Source: an uncultured Candidatus Saccharibacteria bacterium (GTDB lineage Bacteria; Patescibacteriota; Saccharimonadia; Saccharimonadales; CAZDQS01). Taken from it: a stretch of DNA of 64,000 bases. This document shows, one piece after another, positions 1 to 9,630 of this stretch. Both the position numbers and the translations under genes were made by a program. The notes under the pieces are model-generated. The model saw only the letters and a list, made by a program, of their open reading frames with translations. It had not been told where the DNA came from and made no database searches. How positions within the stretch are numbered: the first letter of the stretch is position 1; every line of letters begins with the position of its first letter. The stretch covers positions 27,284-91,283 of the forward strand of contig CAZDQS010000002.1 in assembly GCA_964507855.1 (NCBI GenBank), in the 5' to 3' direction.

Positions 1-466
1 TGATGGTCTGGTTATGCACATTTGAACTACCGCCAAAGTAATGCGGCTCGCTCTCAACCAACGCACCGGTCAACTTGGCTGCCTCCACCACTATCCGCGT
101 CTCAGTAATAATGTCCTGCAACGTGGCATCTTTCCGCGCCTGTGAGATATCAATGTGAATGAACTCAAAGCCTGCTTCGATACCGGCAATCGCATCAGCA
201 ACGGTGGGCGAGTGGTCGAGGTTGATGTACATCTCAATGCCAAACTCGGCCTTGTAGTTGTCCACCATGTCGCGGACGTTATCAAGCCCCATGGCTTCAA
301 CTTCGCCTTGGCTTAATTCAACCAGAACCGGTGCATGCTTGACCTTGGCTGCCCGTGCGACGGCGATGAGCGTCTCCTGGTTATCCAGGTTAAAGGCACC
401 GAGCGCAAATTTTTCCTGGCGTGCCCGTTCCATAGTTTGGCGTGCCCGGGCACAGTTTTCTCGCAT
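1..466 (-). CDS. fba: Class II fructose-bisphosphate aldolase, N-terminal part (gene continues beyond window start)
   Basis: Own minus-strand translation from ATG at 466: MRENCARARQTMERARQEKFALGAFNLDNQETLIAVARAAKVKHAPVLVELSQGE...MYINLDHSPT...GFEFIHIDIS, the layout of class II ketose-bisphosphate aldolases. Absent from the ORF track because no stop lies inside the window. Confidence 0.75.
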   Translation of the reverse strand, partial: MRENCARARQTMERARQEKFALGAFNLDNQETLIAVARAAKVKHAPVLVELSQGEVEAMGLDNVRDMVDNYKAEFGIEMYINLDHSPTVADAIAGIEAGFEFIHIDISQARKDATLQDIITETRIVVEAAKLTGALVESEPHYFGGSSNVHNQTI

Positions 467-470
467 TTCC

Positions 471-1487
471 CTAAGAGTGAGTGACATAGCTTTTGTCCTT
501 GTGTGTTACTTCTTTATTTTCCATAACATCGTGTACAGCCAACATGATGTTCTTGGCAGTGAGGCCAAAGTGTTTCATAAGTTCATCTGGTTTGCCAGAT
601 TCGCCAAAGCGGTCTTTGACGCCAATACGTCGCATCGGTGTCGGAAGCTGTTCGGCAAGCAACTCAGCGACAGCACCGCCAAGCCCACCGGCAATTTGCC
701 CTTCTTCGGCTGTAACGACCGCGCCGGTTTTTCTGACACTTGCAAGGATGGTTACTGCATCAAGCGGCTTGATGGTTGGCACGTGTACGACCTCGGCATC
801 AATCCCGTCCTTAAACAGCTTCTGGGCCGCCACAAGCGCCTGGTACGTCATTGTGCCGGTTGTAATGATAGTCACGTCGCGGCCAGGTTCTAAGACATAC
901 GCCTTGCCAATCACGAACGGCGTGTCTTTGGTAGTGAATACCGGTGTCGCTTCCCGGGCCAAGCGCATATATCCTGGCCGTTTGTCTTTGGCGAGCGCAA
1001 GCGTTGCCTTCTCCGCTTCCACGCTATCACCGGGCGCAATGACTACCATATTTGGCAGCACGCGCATAATGGCGATGTCTTCGAGCATCTGGTGCGTTGC
1101 GCCATCAGGCCCGACCGAGATACCGGCGTGCGAGCCGATAATCTTCACCGGCTGATCATTCAAACAAATGGTCGTGCGTATCTGCTCCCAGTTGCGCCCA
1201 GGGCTGAACGCCGCGTAGCTGGAAACAAACGGGATCTTACCCATGGCAGCCAGGCCCGAGCCAACCGTTACGAGGTTTTGCTCGGCGACGCCGATCTCCA
1301 CAAACCGCTCAGGGAATTCGTCACGGAAGAGGTGCATCTGCGTCGATTCGGTCAAGTCAGCGCAAGCCGCAACGACTTGGTCATTTTGCTTGCCTGCTTC
1401 CAGTAGGCCGCGGCCGAAACCTTTGCGGATCGGTTCTTTGACGATATCGTCAGCCAAAATGTCTTTCACTAAATGCATATCGCTCAT
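471..1487 (-). CDS. tkt: Transketolase, C-terminal (pyrimidine-binding) subunit of a split enzyme
   Basis: 338-aa ORF with FVEIGVAEQNLVTVGSGLA and GPDGATHQMLEDIA motifs. Its ATG overlaps the stop of the upstream half (TAATG). Confidence 0.9.
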   Translation of the reverse strand: MSDMHLVKDILADDIVKEPIRKGFGRGLLEAGKQNDQVVAACADLTESTQMHLFRDEFPERFVEIGVAEQNLVTVGSGLAAMGKIPFVSSYAAFSPGRNWEQIRTTICLNDQPVKIIGSHAGISVGPDGATHQMLEDIAIMRVLPNMVVIAPGDSVEAEKATLALAKDKRPGYMRLAREATPVFTTKDTPFVIGKAYVLEPGRDVTIITTGTMTYQALVAAQKLFKDGIDAEVVHVPTIKPLDAVTILASVRKTGAVVTAEEGQIAGGLGGAVAELLAEQLPTPMRRIGVKDRFGESGKPDELMKHFGLTAKNIMLAVHDVMENKEVTHKDKSYVTHS

Positions 1488-2371
1488 TACTCGTGCTCCG
1501 ATCGAATTTTGCCTCGGAGCGTCCTGAGCTCCTTGAGGGCTAGCTTTGCCTGGTCTTCTTTCGGTGGAGCACCTTCCGGCTCAATTCCCCCTGGAGGCGC
1601 ACCATGCCACCGGAAGTCATACTCCATAAATTCAACACCCTTGCCTGGAATTGTGTGAGCAATGATCATAACTGGTTTTTCGACAATAGCCCGACCCATG
1701 GCACAGGCATCGATAACAGCTTCGATATTGTTGCCGTCAATATCCATGACGTGCCAACCGAAAGCTTCCCATTTGTCCTTGAGATCCTCAAGCGGCATGA
1801 CTTCTTCGGTCGGGCCGTCAATCTGGATGTTGTTGCGGTCAATAATGGCAATAATGTTATTCAGCTTGTACTTGCCGGCTAGCATGGCAGCTTCCCATAC
1901 GTTGCCTTCGTTAATCTCACCATCACCCATAACGACGTAAACCCAGCGGTGTGTCTCACCGTTCATGCGCATTGCCAGTGACATACCCGCAGCCTGGCTC
2001 AGGCCACAGCCCAGCGGGCCACTGGTGTTTTCTAGCCCTGGCAATAGCTTGCGCTCTGGGTGTCCCTGCAGACGTGAGCCAAATTTGCGCAAGGTCATCA
2101 GTTCCTTGCGGTCAAAGTAGCCAGCGTGCGCCATGGTTGCGTACTGCACTGGTACACAGTGGCCGTTGCTGAGCAAGAATATATCGCGCCCATCCCAATC
2201 AGGACGCTTCGGGTCGTGCTTTAAGATGTCAAAATACAGCGCCGTGAAGATATCAGCCAGCCCGAGCGGACCAGCACTATGGCCGCTACCAGCCTCCTCA
2301 AGCATGCGGATAATATCCTGCCGGATATCATTTGCAACCAGTTCTAATTCTTCTATTGTTCGTTTTTGCAC
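1487..2371 (-). CDS. tkt: Transketolase, N-terminal (thiamine-diphosphate-binding) subunit
   Basis: 294-aa ORF with SGHSAGPLG, LSNGHCVP and GDGEINEGNVWEA motifs. Confidence 0.9.
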   Translation of the reverse strand: MQKRTIEELELVANDIRQDIIRMLEEAGSGHSAGPLGLADIFTALYFDILKHDPKRPDWDGRDIFLLSNGHCVPVQYATMAHAGYFDRKELMTLRKFGSRLQGHPERKLLPGLENTSGPLGCGLSQAAGMSLAMRMNGETHRWVYVVMGDGEINEGNVWEAAMLAGKYKLNNIIAIIDRNNIQIDGPTEEVMPLEDLKDKWEAFGWHVMDIDGNNIEAVIDACAMGRAIVEKPVMIIAHTIPGKGVEFMEYDFRWHGAPPGGIEPEGAPPKEDQAKLALKELRTLRGKIRSEHE

Positions 2372-2445
2372 CCTTAGTACCCTGTTATCTCGCTTATGAC
2401 TATAGCAGACCCTGGTAACTATTCCAAAATCACCCTGTTAAGCCA

Positions 2446-3075
2446 CTATCGCACGGCATTTTGCAATCGCCGGTAGGCTGCCTCAGGATCATTGGCCTTT
2501 TGTATATAGCCGCCGACATTAAGCACATTCACGCAGTGCTCCGCCAACGCGGCCGCGTTTTCGTCGTTGATACCGCCGTCCCAGCCTATTTCCAAAGACT
2601 GTTTCAGATCCTTGAGCTGCTTCACCTTCTCCAGCAGCGACAGGTCGGCTTTACCGCCGAAATACCCTAGATCACCGCTAAAGACGAGCACATGATCAAT
2701 CATTTCCAGCGCCGGCTTAATGATATCTATCGGCGTATCCTGCAACAGTGCGACACCTGTCTTAATGTCGAGTTTCTGAAGCTTCCGTGCAAAATCAAAG
2801 AAGCCGCCTTCGGCTTCTGCATGCACAATAATAAGATTGGGCTTGAGACTAATGAGTGTCTCCAACTCATCCATCGGGTAGCGGTACATGATATGTATGT
2901 CTGCCTGCATGCCTTCCGGCCACCACACCTGCGCAGGATTAATCAATCTGGTCGGCGCAAACTTACCATCGGCAAGGTCGATATGAACGCGCTTGGCAAA
3001 CGGTGCTATCCGCTCCATCTGTTCGCGGTATTCGTGCGGATCTCCCGTCGTGACGGTTGGGCAAATTGTTATCAT
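2446..3075 (-). CDS. rpe: Ribulose-phosphate 3-epimerase-like TIM-barrel protein
   Basis: 209-aa ORF with VHIDLADGKFAP (compare H-x-D-x-M-D-G-x-F-V-P of RPE). Sits between tkt and rpiB. Confidence 0.6.
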   Translation of the reverse strand: MITICPTVTTGDPHEYREQMERIAPFAKRVHIDLADGKFAPTRLINPAQVWWPEGMQADIHIMYRYPMDELETLISLKPNLIIVHAEAEGGFFDFARKLQKLDIKTGVALLQDTPIDIIKPALEMIDHVLVFSGDLGYFGGKADLSLLEKVKQLKDLKQSLEIGWDGGINDENAAALAEHCVNVLNVGGYIQKANDPEAAYRRLQNAVR

Positions 3076-3431
3076 GAACCTTCCTCTCTCATTTCAAGCA
3101 GCTGCAATAACCCTTCGGCTACCCTCTGCGTACGCGCATGCTCTACCTCATGGTAACCTTCGATACCATCACCTTCAAAGGCCTGCACGTAGGTCGATCC
3201 ATCCGAACCGTATTCAAAATGAACGACATGCTCTATACCACCCGCACCATCCACCCGCCCGCTCATAGTGGTGAACTGATGGCCGTACTCAATCTCCAGT
3301 CCGCCGGGAGTCTCAGCCCGTACTATATAGCCCTCGCTGAAACCTCTGGGTACAAGCTTATTCGCCACAAGATAGGTAATGCTTCTTCCCCGCAGCTCAC
3401 CAAGTGCATCTGCTGGCTTAATAGTATTCAC
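3072..3431 (-). CDS. Hypothetical protein (119 aa) inside the sugar-phosphate operon
   Basis: ORF with a 4-nt overlap onto the rpe-like gene. No motif recognised. Confidence 0.5.
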   Translation of the reverse strand: MNTIKPADALGELRGRSITYLVANKLVPRGFSEGYIVRAETPGGLEIEYGHQFTTMSGRVDGAGGIEHVVHFEYGSDGSTYVQAFEGDGIEGYHEVEHARTQRVAEGLLQLLEMREEGS

Positions 3432-3455
3432 GACTGCCTCCCTTGAATCTTATTG

Positions 3456-3902
3456 TTACCCCAACTCATCCATTTGCTTATTGCGGCGGTGAAACCTCGC
3501 AGCACCGGCAAACGGTGTCGTGAGCCACGCATCGACAATCTTGAACGCTTCTTTATCACTCAGAATCCAGGCTGGGATACAGAGCACGTTGCTGTCCTCA
3601 TCATTACGGACCGCTTTGACCGTATCAACACTAAAGCCTACGGCCGCGCGTATGCCTTTGAACCGGTTGGCAGCCATGCACACGCCCTGCCCGCTGCCGC
3701 ACACCAGGATACCGCGCGGGTCCTTATCGTCACTCGCAAGCACGGCAGTGGCGACCCGAGCCGCAAACACAGGGAAGTCATCATTGGGATCCAAGCTGTC
3801 GCTGCCTTTGTCGGCTACGTCGTACCCGGATTTCTCAAGATACTTCTCAAGATCTTCTTTGAGATGAAAGCCGTTGTGGTCCGCGCCAAGGTAAATCTTC
3901 AT
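3456..3902 (-). CDS. rpiB: Ribose-5-phosphate isomerase B
   Basis: 148 aa with the RpiB/LacAB pattern: MKIYLGADHNGFHLK...LVCGSGQGVCMAANRFKGIRAA. Confidence 0.9.
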   Translation of the reverse strand: MKIYLGADHNGFHLKEDLEKYLEKSGYDVADKGSDSLDPNDDFPVFAARVATAVLASDDKDPRGILVCGSGQGVCMAANRFKGIRAAVGFSVDTVKAVRNDEDSNVLCIPAWILSDKEAFKIVDAWLTTPFAGAARFHRRNKQMDELG

Positions 3903-3916
3903 AGACTTATCTTACC

Positions 3917-4939
3917 TTATTTCTTGTGCAGCATCCGACCGACATCCGATACGACCTCGACAAGCCGGTTGGAGTAACCCCATTCGTTGTCATACCAGGC
4001 AACAACTTTGAGCATATTACCGTCAATTACTGCTGTCAGGTTGAGGTCCACTATGGCCGAGTGACTATTGCCAATAAAATCGCTCGAGACCAGCTCCTCT
4101 TCGGTCACATCAAGGATTCCTTGATAGTACGGCTCTTTGGCTGCCTTCTTGAATACCTCGTTGACCTTCTCTACGGTAACGGGCTTTTTCGTGATAATCA
4201 CAAAGTCACTCAACGACACCACCGGGGTTGGAACACGGATACTCAAACCACCAAAAATACCCTTCAGCGACGGCAGCGCCTGGGCTGCAGCGATGGAGGC
4301 GCCAGTGGTCGTCGGCACGATATTCTCCGCCGCGTTGCGTGCTTCGCGAAGGTCTTTAGCCGGGGCGTCCTGCAGACGCTGGCTGGCCGTGTAGCTGTGG
4401 ATGGTCGTCATCATTGCCTTCTCAATACCGAAATGGCCCTCAATCACACTGGCTACTGGCGTAATACAGTTCGTGGTACATGAGGCATTGCTGATGACAC
4501 TACTTGCATCCTTGTCATCAAGCGCATCTTCATTGACGCCCAAGACCACGGTCGTTGCGCCTTCGCCTTTGGCCGGGGCGGATATCACGACCCGTTTCGC
4601 GCCAGCGTCAATGTGCGCGCGAGCTTTGGTAGGATCAACAAAAAACCCTGTAGATTCTATAACAACATCAACCTTCAACTCTTCCCATGGCAGGGCAATC
4701 GGCTCTTTCTCGGCTAGTACTTTAATCTGGTGCTTATCAACGATGATGTGCTCTGCATCATGGCTCACCTCGTGCGGATATATACCATAGTTACTGTCAT
4801 ACTTCAGTAAATGTGCCAGTGTTTTGGTGTCTGTGAGGTCGTTAATTGCGACTATCTCAATGTCCGACCGGTCAAACGCTACCTTAAAGGCACTACGCCC
4901 AATCCTACCGAACCCATTAATGGCTACACGTGTCTTCAT
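3917..4939 (-). CDS. gap: Glyceraldehyde-3-phosphate dehydrogenase
   Basis: The ORF track begins at 4999, but the canonical N-terminus MKTRVAINGFGRIGR starts at the ATG at 4939. Active-site motif NASCTTNCITP is present. Confidence 0.92.
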   Translation of the reverse strand: MKTRVAINGFGRIGRSAFKVAFDRSDIEIVAINDLTDTKTLAHLLKYDSNYGIYPHEVSHDAEHIIVDKHQIKVLAEKEPIALPWEELKVDVVIESTGFFVDPTKARAHIDAGAKRVVISAPAKGEGATTVVLGVNEDALDDKDASSVISNASCTTNCITPVASVIEGHFGIEKAMMTTIHSYTASQRLQDAPAKDLREARNAAENIVPTTTGASIAAAQALPSLKGIFGGLSIRVPTPVVSLSDFVIITKKPVTVEKVNEVFKKAAKEPYYQGILDVTEEELVSSDFIGNSHSAIVDLNLTAVIDGNMLKVVAWYDNEWGYSNRLVEVVSDVGRMLHKK

Positions 4940-5025
4940 GTTTGTCTCCACCCTCGTACAGTTAGCATTAGCAGTTCTATAACCCCATTGTATAGCCAAG
5001 GATATTGGAGTGCAACGCCAAAAGC

Positions 5026-5337
5026 TTAGGCTTCAGCACCTTCAGGTGGGTGTACTACAGTCTCCGCCAGGTGGCGCAATACCGCTATATGCCCTGGTGC
5101 AACTTCCGTACCATCAACACTGAACCTGGCAGCAGCTCTGTGCTCCGCAAGCACGCTCGTGTCACTCAAAAAAACTTGCGCTTCTCGAGAACTCGGCGTT
5201 GGCACCGGTTCAAACGCCGCATAACCCGCGGCTGGCTTAAGATGCCGCTCTATATAATCAGACACGCGGGCGCGTGCCTGATCTACTCTTGCTTCTGAGG
5301 ATTCTGGAGATTGACCACCGATTTCTAGCAATGCCAT
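5026..5337 (-). CDS. Hypothetical protein (about 103 aa)
   Basis: ATG at 5337 is preceded by a G-run. The track's upstream TTG start is less likely. No motif recognised. Confidence 0.4.
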   Translation of the reverse strand: MALLEIGGQSPESSEARVDQARARVSDYIERHLKPAAGYAAFEPVPTPSSREAQVFLSDTSVLAEHRAAARFSVDGTEVAPGHIAVLRHLAETVVHPPEGAEA

Positions 5338-5425
5338 ATGACCCCCGTCATCTAACAATTAGTGTGAGAATTCTAACACTCACTACCTTCTGTTATACGC
5401 CTTTTACTGGGTGCGTCAATACGAG

Positions 5426-5947
5426 CTACTTTTGAGCGCGGGTGATAGATTCTTCGATGACTTTGCGGGCTTCCTCTGGGCCACCCCAACCGTTGAGCTT
5501 GCCATCCACGCCCTTCCAGTCTTTCTTCCAGTCTTTGTAGTGCGAATAGAAATGCTCGAGGTTCTTCTTGAACGCTTCACCAAGGTCATCAAGGTGTTTG
5601 ATGTGGTCTTTGGAAATGTCATCAGCTGGGACGCAGATAAGCTTTTCGTCCTTTTCGCCGTCGTCTTCAAAGTATAAGACACCGACCGCCCGCGCAGGCA
5701 CGACAACGCCGTGCGGCAAAGATTCGTCAATCACCACTAGCGCGTCAAGCGGATCGCCGTCCTCGCACAACGTATCAGGAATATAGCCATAATCAGTTGG
5801 ATAACCCAACAGCGTGCCGTTGACCCGGTCAAGGAACAGTCGCCCCGTCGCCTTGTCTACTTCGATCTTGTTGCGGCTGCCACGCTGGATCTCAATAACT
5901 ACATTGACTACATGTGGCGCGTCATCGCCATAAGAAACATCAGCCAT
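5426..5947 (-). CDS. ppa: Inorganic pyrophosphatase (family I)
   Basis: 173 aa with YGYIPDTLCEDGDPLDALV and VNVVIEIQRGSRNKIEVD, typical of soluble PPase. Confidence 0.9.
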   Translation of the reverse strand: MADVSYGDDAPHVVNVVIEIQRGSRNKIEVDKATGRLFLDRVNGTLLGYPTDYGYIPDTLCEDGDPLDALVVIDESLPHGVVVPARAVGVLYFEDDGEKDEKLICVPADDISKDHIKHLDDLGEAFKKNLEHFYSHYKDWKKDWKGVDGKLNGWGGPEEARKVIEESITRAQK

Positions 5948-6007
5948 TCTACCTCCTCAAGGTATCTAAAATTACGCTCTATACCGTATACTATATACCA
6001 AGACACC

Positions 6008-6712
6008 ATGAAAATCATCGGTCATAGGGGCGCAGCTGGCCTTGCCCTCGAAAACACAATTGAATCAATCCAAAAAGCACTCGACCTCGGCGTCCACGCC
6101 ATCGAATTCGATGTGCGCTTGACGGCAGACCGAAGACTTGTCCTCTGCCATGACGCTGATCTTGCCCGCGTTAGCGGCGACCAAGACCCGCGCAAAATTA
6201 GCGAACTCACCTCTCAAGAACTCAAAAGCATCAAGCTCCTCAACAGTGAGCACCCACCGCTCTTGCGCGATGTCCTAAAGATTGTCGGTGACACTCCTGT
6301 CATCATCGAAACAAAAGTAGATGATTGCGCGTATGAGTTGCTGGCACTGCTTGATGAGTTCCCGAGCGTCAATGCAATTATCGCCTCTTTCGACCACAAC
6401 GAGATCATACTTATCAAGAGCCTGCGCCCAGACCTACCAGTATTTCTCGCCGAACGCACCAAACCGGTTGAGATAATCCAGCTGGCCCGGGCCATCAAGG
6501 CAGAGGGTGTTGACCTGAATCTCTGGGTGCTTAACCCGCTCACGTACTTCTTAGCCCGCAGAGCCAACCTGACAATCATGGCCTTCACCGCAAACAGTCG
6601 CTTCCTGGTGTGGTTTATCCGACTGTTCTACCCCAAGGTCTGGCTGTGCACTGATTACCCAAACCGCTACCTGCCACGGAAGAGAAGGCGGCGCGCCCGA
6701 AAACCCGCTTAA
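6008..6712 (+). CDS. Glycerophosphodiester phosphodiesterase (GDPD family)
   Basis: MKIIGHRGAAGLALENT (HRG...ENT motif) and EFDVRLTAD. ATG at 6008 chosen over the upstream start in the track. Confidence 0.85.
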   Translation: MKIIGHRGAAGLALENTIESIQKALDLGVHAIEFDVRLTADRRLVLCHDADLARVSGDQDPRKISELTSQELKSIKLLNSEHPPLLRDVLKIVGDTPVIIETKVDDCAYELLALLDEFPSVNAIIASFDHNEIILIKSLRPDLPVFLAERTKPVEIIQLARAIKAEGVDLNLWVLNPLTYFLARRANLTIMAFTANSRFLVWFIRLFYPKVWLCTDYPNRYLPRKRRRRARKPA

Positions 6713-8055
6713 GTAATCCGGCCGTTCTTGTGCAACGAAAAGCGCTCGGTATATATTTTGCGCTTTGGTACACCAAGCTGTGTCAGCTCGCGCGTCACAG
6801 CGTCCATCATCGGCACCGGTCCGCACAAGAACACCTCCCGCTCCGTCGCATCAGGCACCAGACGCTGAATCAGCTCGGCCGTAACAAAGCCCTGCTCATA
6901 ACCTGATTTTTGCTCATCGCTCAAAACATAATGCCGCTTCCGTACAAGCTGCTCCAGCTCATGCTTCAGCGCCACATCATCAGCTGTACGTGCGGCATAC
7001 AGAAGTGCCGTATCAGCATCGCCACCCGCCGCTTGGCCAAGCATTGCCCTGAGCGGCGTTATGCCGATACCACCGGCAATAAAAAGCAGCTTACTTGACG
7101 TTGCCTTCGCCAGTGTAAAGCGTCCGTACGGGCCGTCCACCAGCACACGTGTACCCGGCTTAAGCTGCGGTAATGTCGCCGTATAATCTCCCACCGCCTT
7201 GGCCGACACCCGGAGCCGTCCATCTTGTTGCGGCTCCCACGAGATGGTAAACGGATGCGCCTGCGTCCAGTAACCTTGTGCCAGGAAGCGGAAGATTGCA
7301 AATTGTCCCGCCTGATGCCGAAACTTATCCAAATGCTTTCCCGTAATGTACACCGACACCACCTTCGCGCCGGCCGGTTCAACCTTCTCGACCCTGAAAT
7401 CATGACGCTTGAGCAACCACAAAGGGCGAATAAAGCGAAAGGCAAGGATGCTTACAAAAACTACCGCATATAGCCCCACCCAGTAGTACCGGAACACATC
7501 TTGCTTGATTAAGTCGCCGCCCAAAGTGATTTGGTGCCCCAGCGGCAGCAGTACGCCCGCATACGCCAGCAGATGGACGTAGTACCATGATTCGTACTTT
7601 AAATGCCGCCGGACAATAATAACGGACGTCACAACCACCCCAAGCAACAGCACAAAACCAATAACAGCACCGTTTATAAACTGGTAATTTTCAAGAAAGG
7701 CGAATATTTGCTGGATAAAGGAATTCCGCTCAAATGCACTGTACGCAAGGGTGATCGTCAACACGTGCGTGATAACGAAAACGTAGGCCACCAGACCGTT
7801 GGTCTGATGATGCCGGCTTAAGACATCAAGGCCGAAAACGCGTTCCAGTATCGGCAGGCGGCTCATGAGCAGCAATTGCACGAGCAACAGATAGCCGCCG
7901 ACAAGCGCACACAGGCACGACAGCGCCAGAACCATATCCTCTGGAAACCCGGACCGCAACAAGCCGCCCGAACCCTGCTGCCAGAAATAGAATATGACAA
8001 GGAGGTTTGCAGCAAACGCACCGTACCAGAGGTGTTGTCTTGTTTTGGTGCTCAT
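6709..8055 (-). CDS. Ferric-reductase/NOX-like flavocytochrome (6-TM haem domain plus FAD/NAD(P)H dehydrogenase domain)
   Basis: 448 aa. Two His pairs lie in TM helices (HHQTNGLVAYVFVITH and HLLAYAGVLLPLGH, spacing 13-14). HPFTIS is the FAD motif, GGIGITP the NAD(P)H motif, and CGP is near the C-terminus. Confidence 0.75.
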   Translation of the reverse strand: MSTKTRQHLWYGAFAANLLVIFYFWQQGSGGLLRSGFPEDMVLALSCLCALVGGYLLLVQLLLMSRLPILERVFGLDVLSRHHQTNGLVAYVFVITHVLTITLAYSAFERNSFIQQIFAFLENYQFINGAVIGFVLLLGVVVTSVIIVRRHLKYESWYYVHLLAYAGVLLPLGHQITLGGDLIKQDVFRYYWVGLYAVVFVSILAFRFIRPLWLLKRHDFRVEKVEPAGAKVVSVYITGKHLDKFRHQAGQFAIFRFLAQGYWTQAHPFTISWEPQQDGRLRVSAKAVGDYTATLPQLKPGTRVLVDGPYGRFTLAKATSSKLLFIAGGIGITPLRAMLGQAAGGDADTALLYAARTADDVALKHELEQLVRKRHYVLSDEQKSGYEQGFVTAELIQRLVPDATEREVFLCGPVPMMDAVTRELTQLGVPKRKIYTERFSLHKNGRIT

Positions 8056-8124
8056 AGCTTATATGTTCCTTGTTTGTCTTAATTGTACGGCTTCACGTTT
8101 CGGCTTACAAAATTTCTGTAACGC

Positions 8125-8562
8125 TTAGGGCTTGGCGTCAGCTAGTCGACTAAGTGCTTGCAGATATGCGTCAAGGTCCTCAATACCGTTCTTCTTAAAC
8201 CACGCGTCCAGATCCTTGTGCAGCTCCGCCTCAATCTGCTGGATACGCGCTTTGCCCTCCTCTGTCAGACACACCTGCCTGAGCCGGCTATCGCGCTTCG
8301 ATGAGATCTTCTCCACCATCCCAGCCTTCACCTGCTTGCTCACCATAACAGAGGCCAGCGCTGTCTTGACGTTCAGCATACCCGCCAGATCTGTTACGCT
8401 CACCCCGTCCTTCTGATGCTGGCTGACAAGCCCGAGCAATGCCCATTCCATGACCGTCATACCCTGCGTCTTCAGCCGTTGGCTTAAGTGATTACGAAAA
8501 CTTCTGTGGGCGCGAGCGTGCAAGACTGCTGTTTGATAGGTGGTAATTTTCTTATTCGCCAT
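8125..8562 (-). CDS. MarR-family transcriptional regulator
   Basis: Winged-helix MarR pattern: MTVMEWALLGLVSQ...VTDLAGMLNVKTALASVMVSKQVKAGMVEK...DSRLRQVCLTEEG. ATG at 8562 follows GAGGGAG. The track start at 8568 is a GTG. Confidence 0.85.
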   Translation of the reverse strand: MANKKITTYQTAVLHARAHRSFRNHLSQRLKTQGMTVMEWALLGLVSQHQKDGVSVTDLAGMLNVKTALASVMVSKQVKAGMVEKISSKRDSRLRQVCLTEEGKARIQQIEAELHKDLDAWFKKNGIEDLDAYLQALSRLADAKP

Positions 8563-8625
8563 AAACACTCCCTCGCTTACTAAACATTTGCATTTTTACA
8601 ATAAACTGACCGCACGAAGTCGTAT

Positions 8626-8641
8626 GTGAAATTTCTTTCAC
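8626..8641. promoter_or_regulatory. Palindrome GTGAAA-TTTC-TTTCAC upstream of the MarR gene (candidate auto-operator)
   Basis: 6-bp arms read directly. About 65 nt upstream of the marR ATG. Confidence 0.3.
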
Positions 8642-8682
8642 TTTCTTAACTTTTCCACCCAGTCCCAGAATGGCCGCCAGGG

Positions 8683-9630
8683 TCATGCAGCCGGTTCAAG
8701 ATACTTGCGAATCATTAATGCCGCGGTCGCGCCCTCCCCGGTCGCGCTGGCGATCTGCATTGTTGCCCCGCTCCGGACGTCGCCGGCCGCGAACACGCCA
8801 GGCATTGAAGTCTCCAGCCGCTCATTGGTCTTTATGAGACCTACCTCGTCCAACTCAATCGGACTGTCTTTCAGGAACTGCGTGTTTGGTAATAAACCAA
8901 TAAAGATGAATACACCGTCCGTAGGGAATTCTACCTTTTTGCCAGATGATGTGTCTGTACCGACAACTTTGGTAACCTTGCCCTCTTCGCCAACAATCTC
9001 ATCAGGCGTAATCCCGTAATGTATCGTTATCTTGTCCTTGTGCTTTTCCAGCTCTTGCTGCAACACCTCAGACGCTCGAAGTTTGCTGCGCACCAGCATG
9101 TCAATCTTGGTCGCAAAACGGGTTAAGAATATCGCCTCCTGCACCGCCGAGTTGCCGCCGCCCACAACCACCAGCCGCTTGTCACGGTAAAAGGCACCGT
9201 CACAGGTAGCGCAATAGTGCACGCCCCGGCCATAAAAGTCCATTTCTCCCGGAATACCGAGCTTCTTGTAGTCGCTCCCTGTCGCAATCAGCACCGCCCT
9301 TGCCAAGACTTCCCCGTCGGTTGTCTTCAGCACCTTATGTTCGCCCTTGTCGGTAATTTTCATTACCTCTCCAAGCTCAATCTTGGCACCAAAGCGCTCT
9401 GCCTGCTGCCGAAGCCCTTCAGCTAAATCAAGCCCAGAGATACCCTTGGGAAAGCCAGGATAATTGTCCACCCAGTCGGTGATGGCCGCCAAGCCGCCAA
9501 TCACGCCCTTCTCATACAGCACCGTCTCAATGTCTTCCCGGGTCGTATAAATAGCAGCAGTCAGCGCCGCCGGCCCGGCGCCGATCATGACCACATCATG
9601 AGTATTAGTCTGTTGATTATCGGATGTCAT
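8683..9630 (-). CDS. trxB: Thioredoxin-disulfide reductase
   Basis: 315 aa with GAGPAALTAAIY (FAD), redox-active CATCDG, and GGGNSAVQEA (NADPH). Confidence 0.92.
   Translation of the reverse strand: MTSDNQQTNTHDVVMIGAGPAALTAAIYTTREDIETVLYEKGVIGGLAAITDWVDNYPGFPKGISGLDLAEGLRQQAERFGAKIELGEVMKITDKGEHKVLKTTDGEVLARAVLIATGSDYKKLGIPGEMDFYGRGVHYCATCDGAFYRDKRLVVVGGGNSAVQEAIFLTRFATKIDMLVRSKLRASEVLQQELEKHKDKITIHYGITPDEIVGEEGKVTKVVGTDTSSGKKVEFPTDGVFIFIGLLPNTQFLKDSPIELDEVGLIKTNERLETSMPGVFAAGDVRSGATMQIASATGEGATAALMIRKYLEPAA

Noticed and set aside
258-893. 211-aa plus-strand ORF
   Set aside because: It overlaps the aldolase and transketolase genes in antisense. No motifs.
4940-4999. 20-codon N-terminal extension of gap in the track
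   Set aside because: The canonical GAPDH N-terminus (MKTRVAINGFGRIGR) starts at the internal ATG at 4939.
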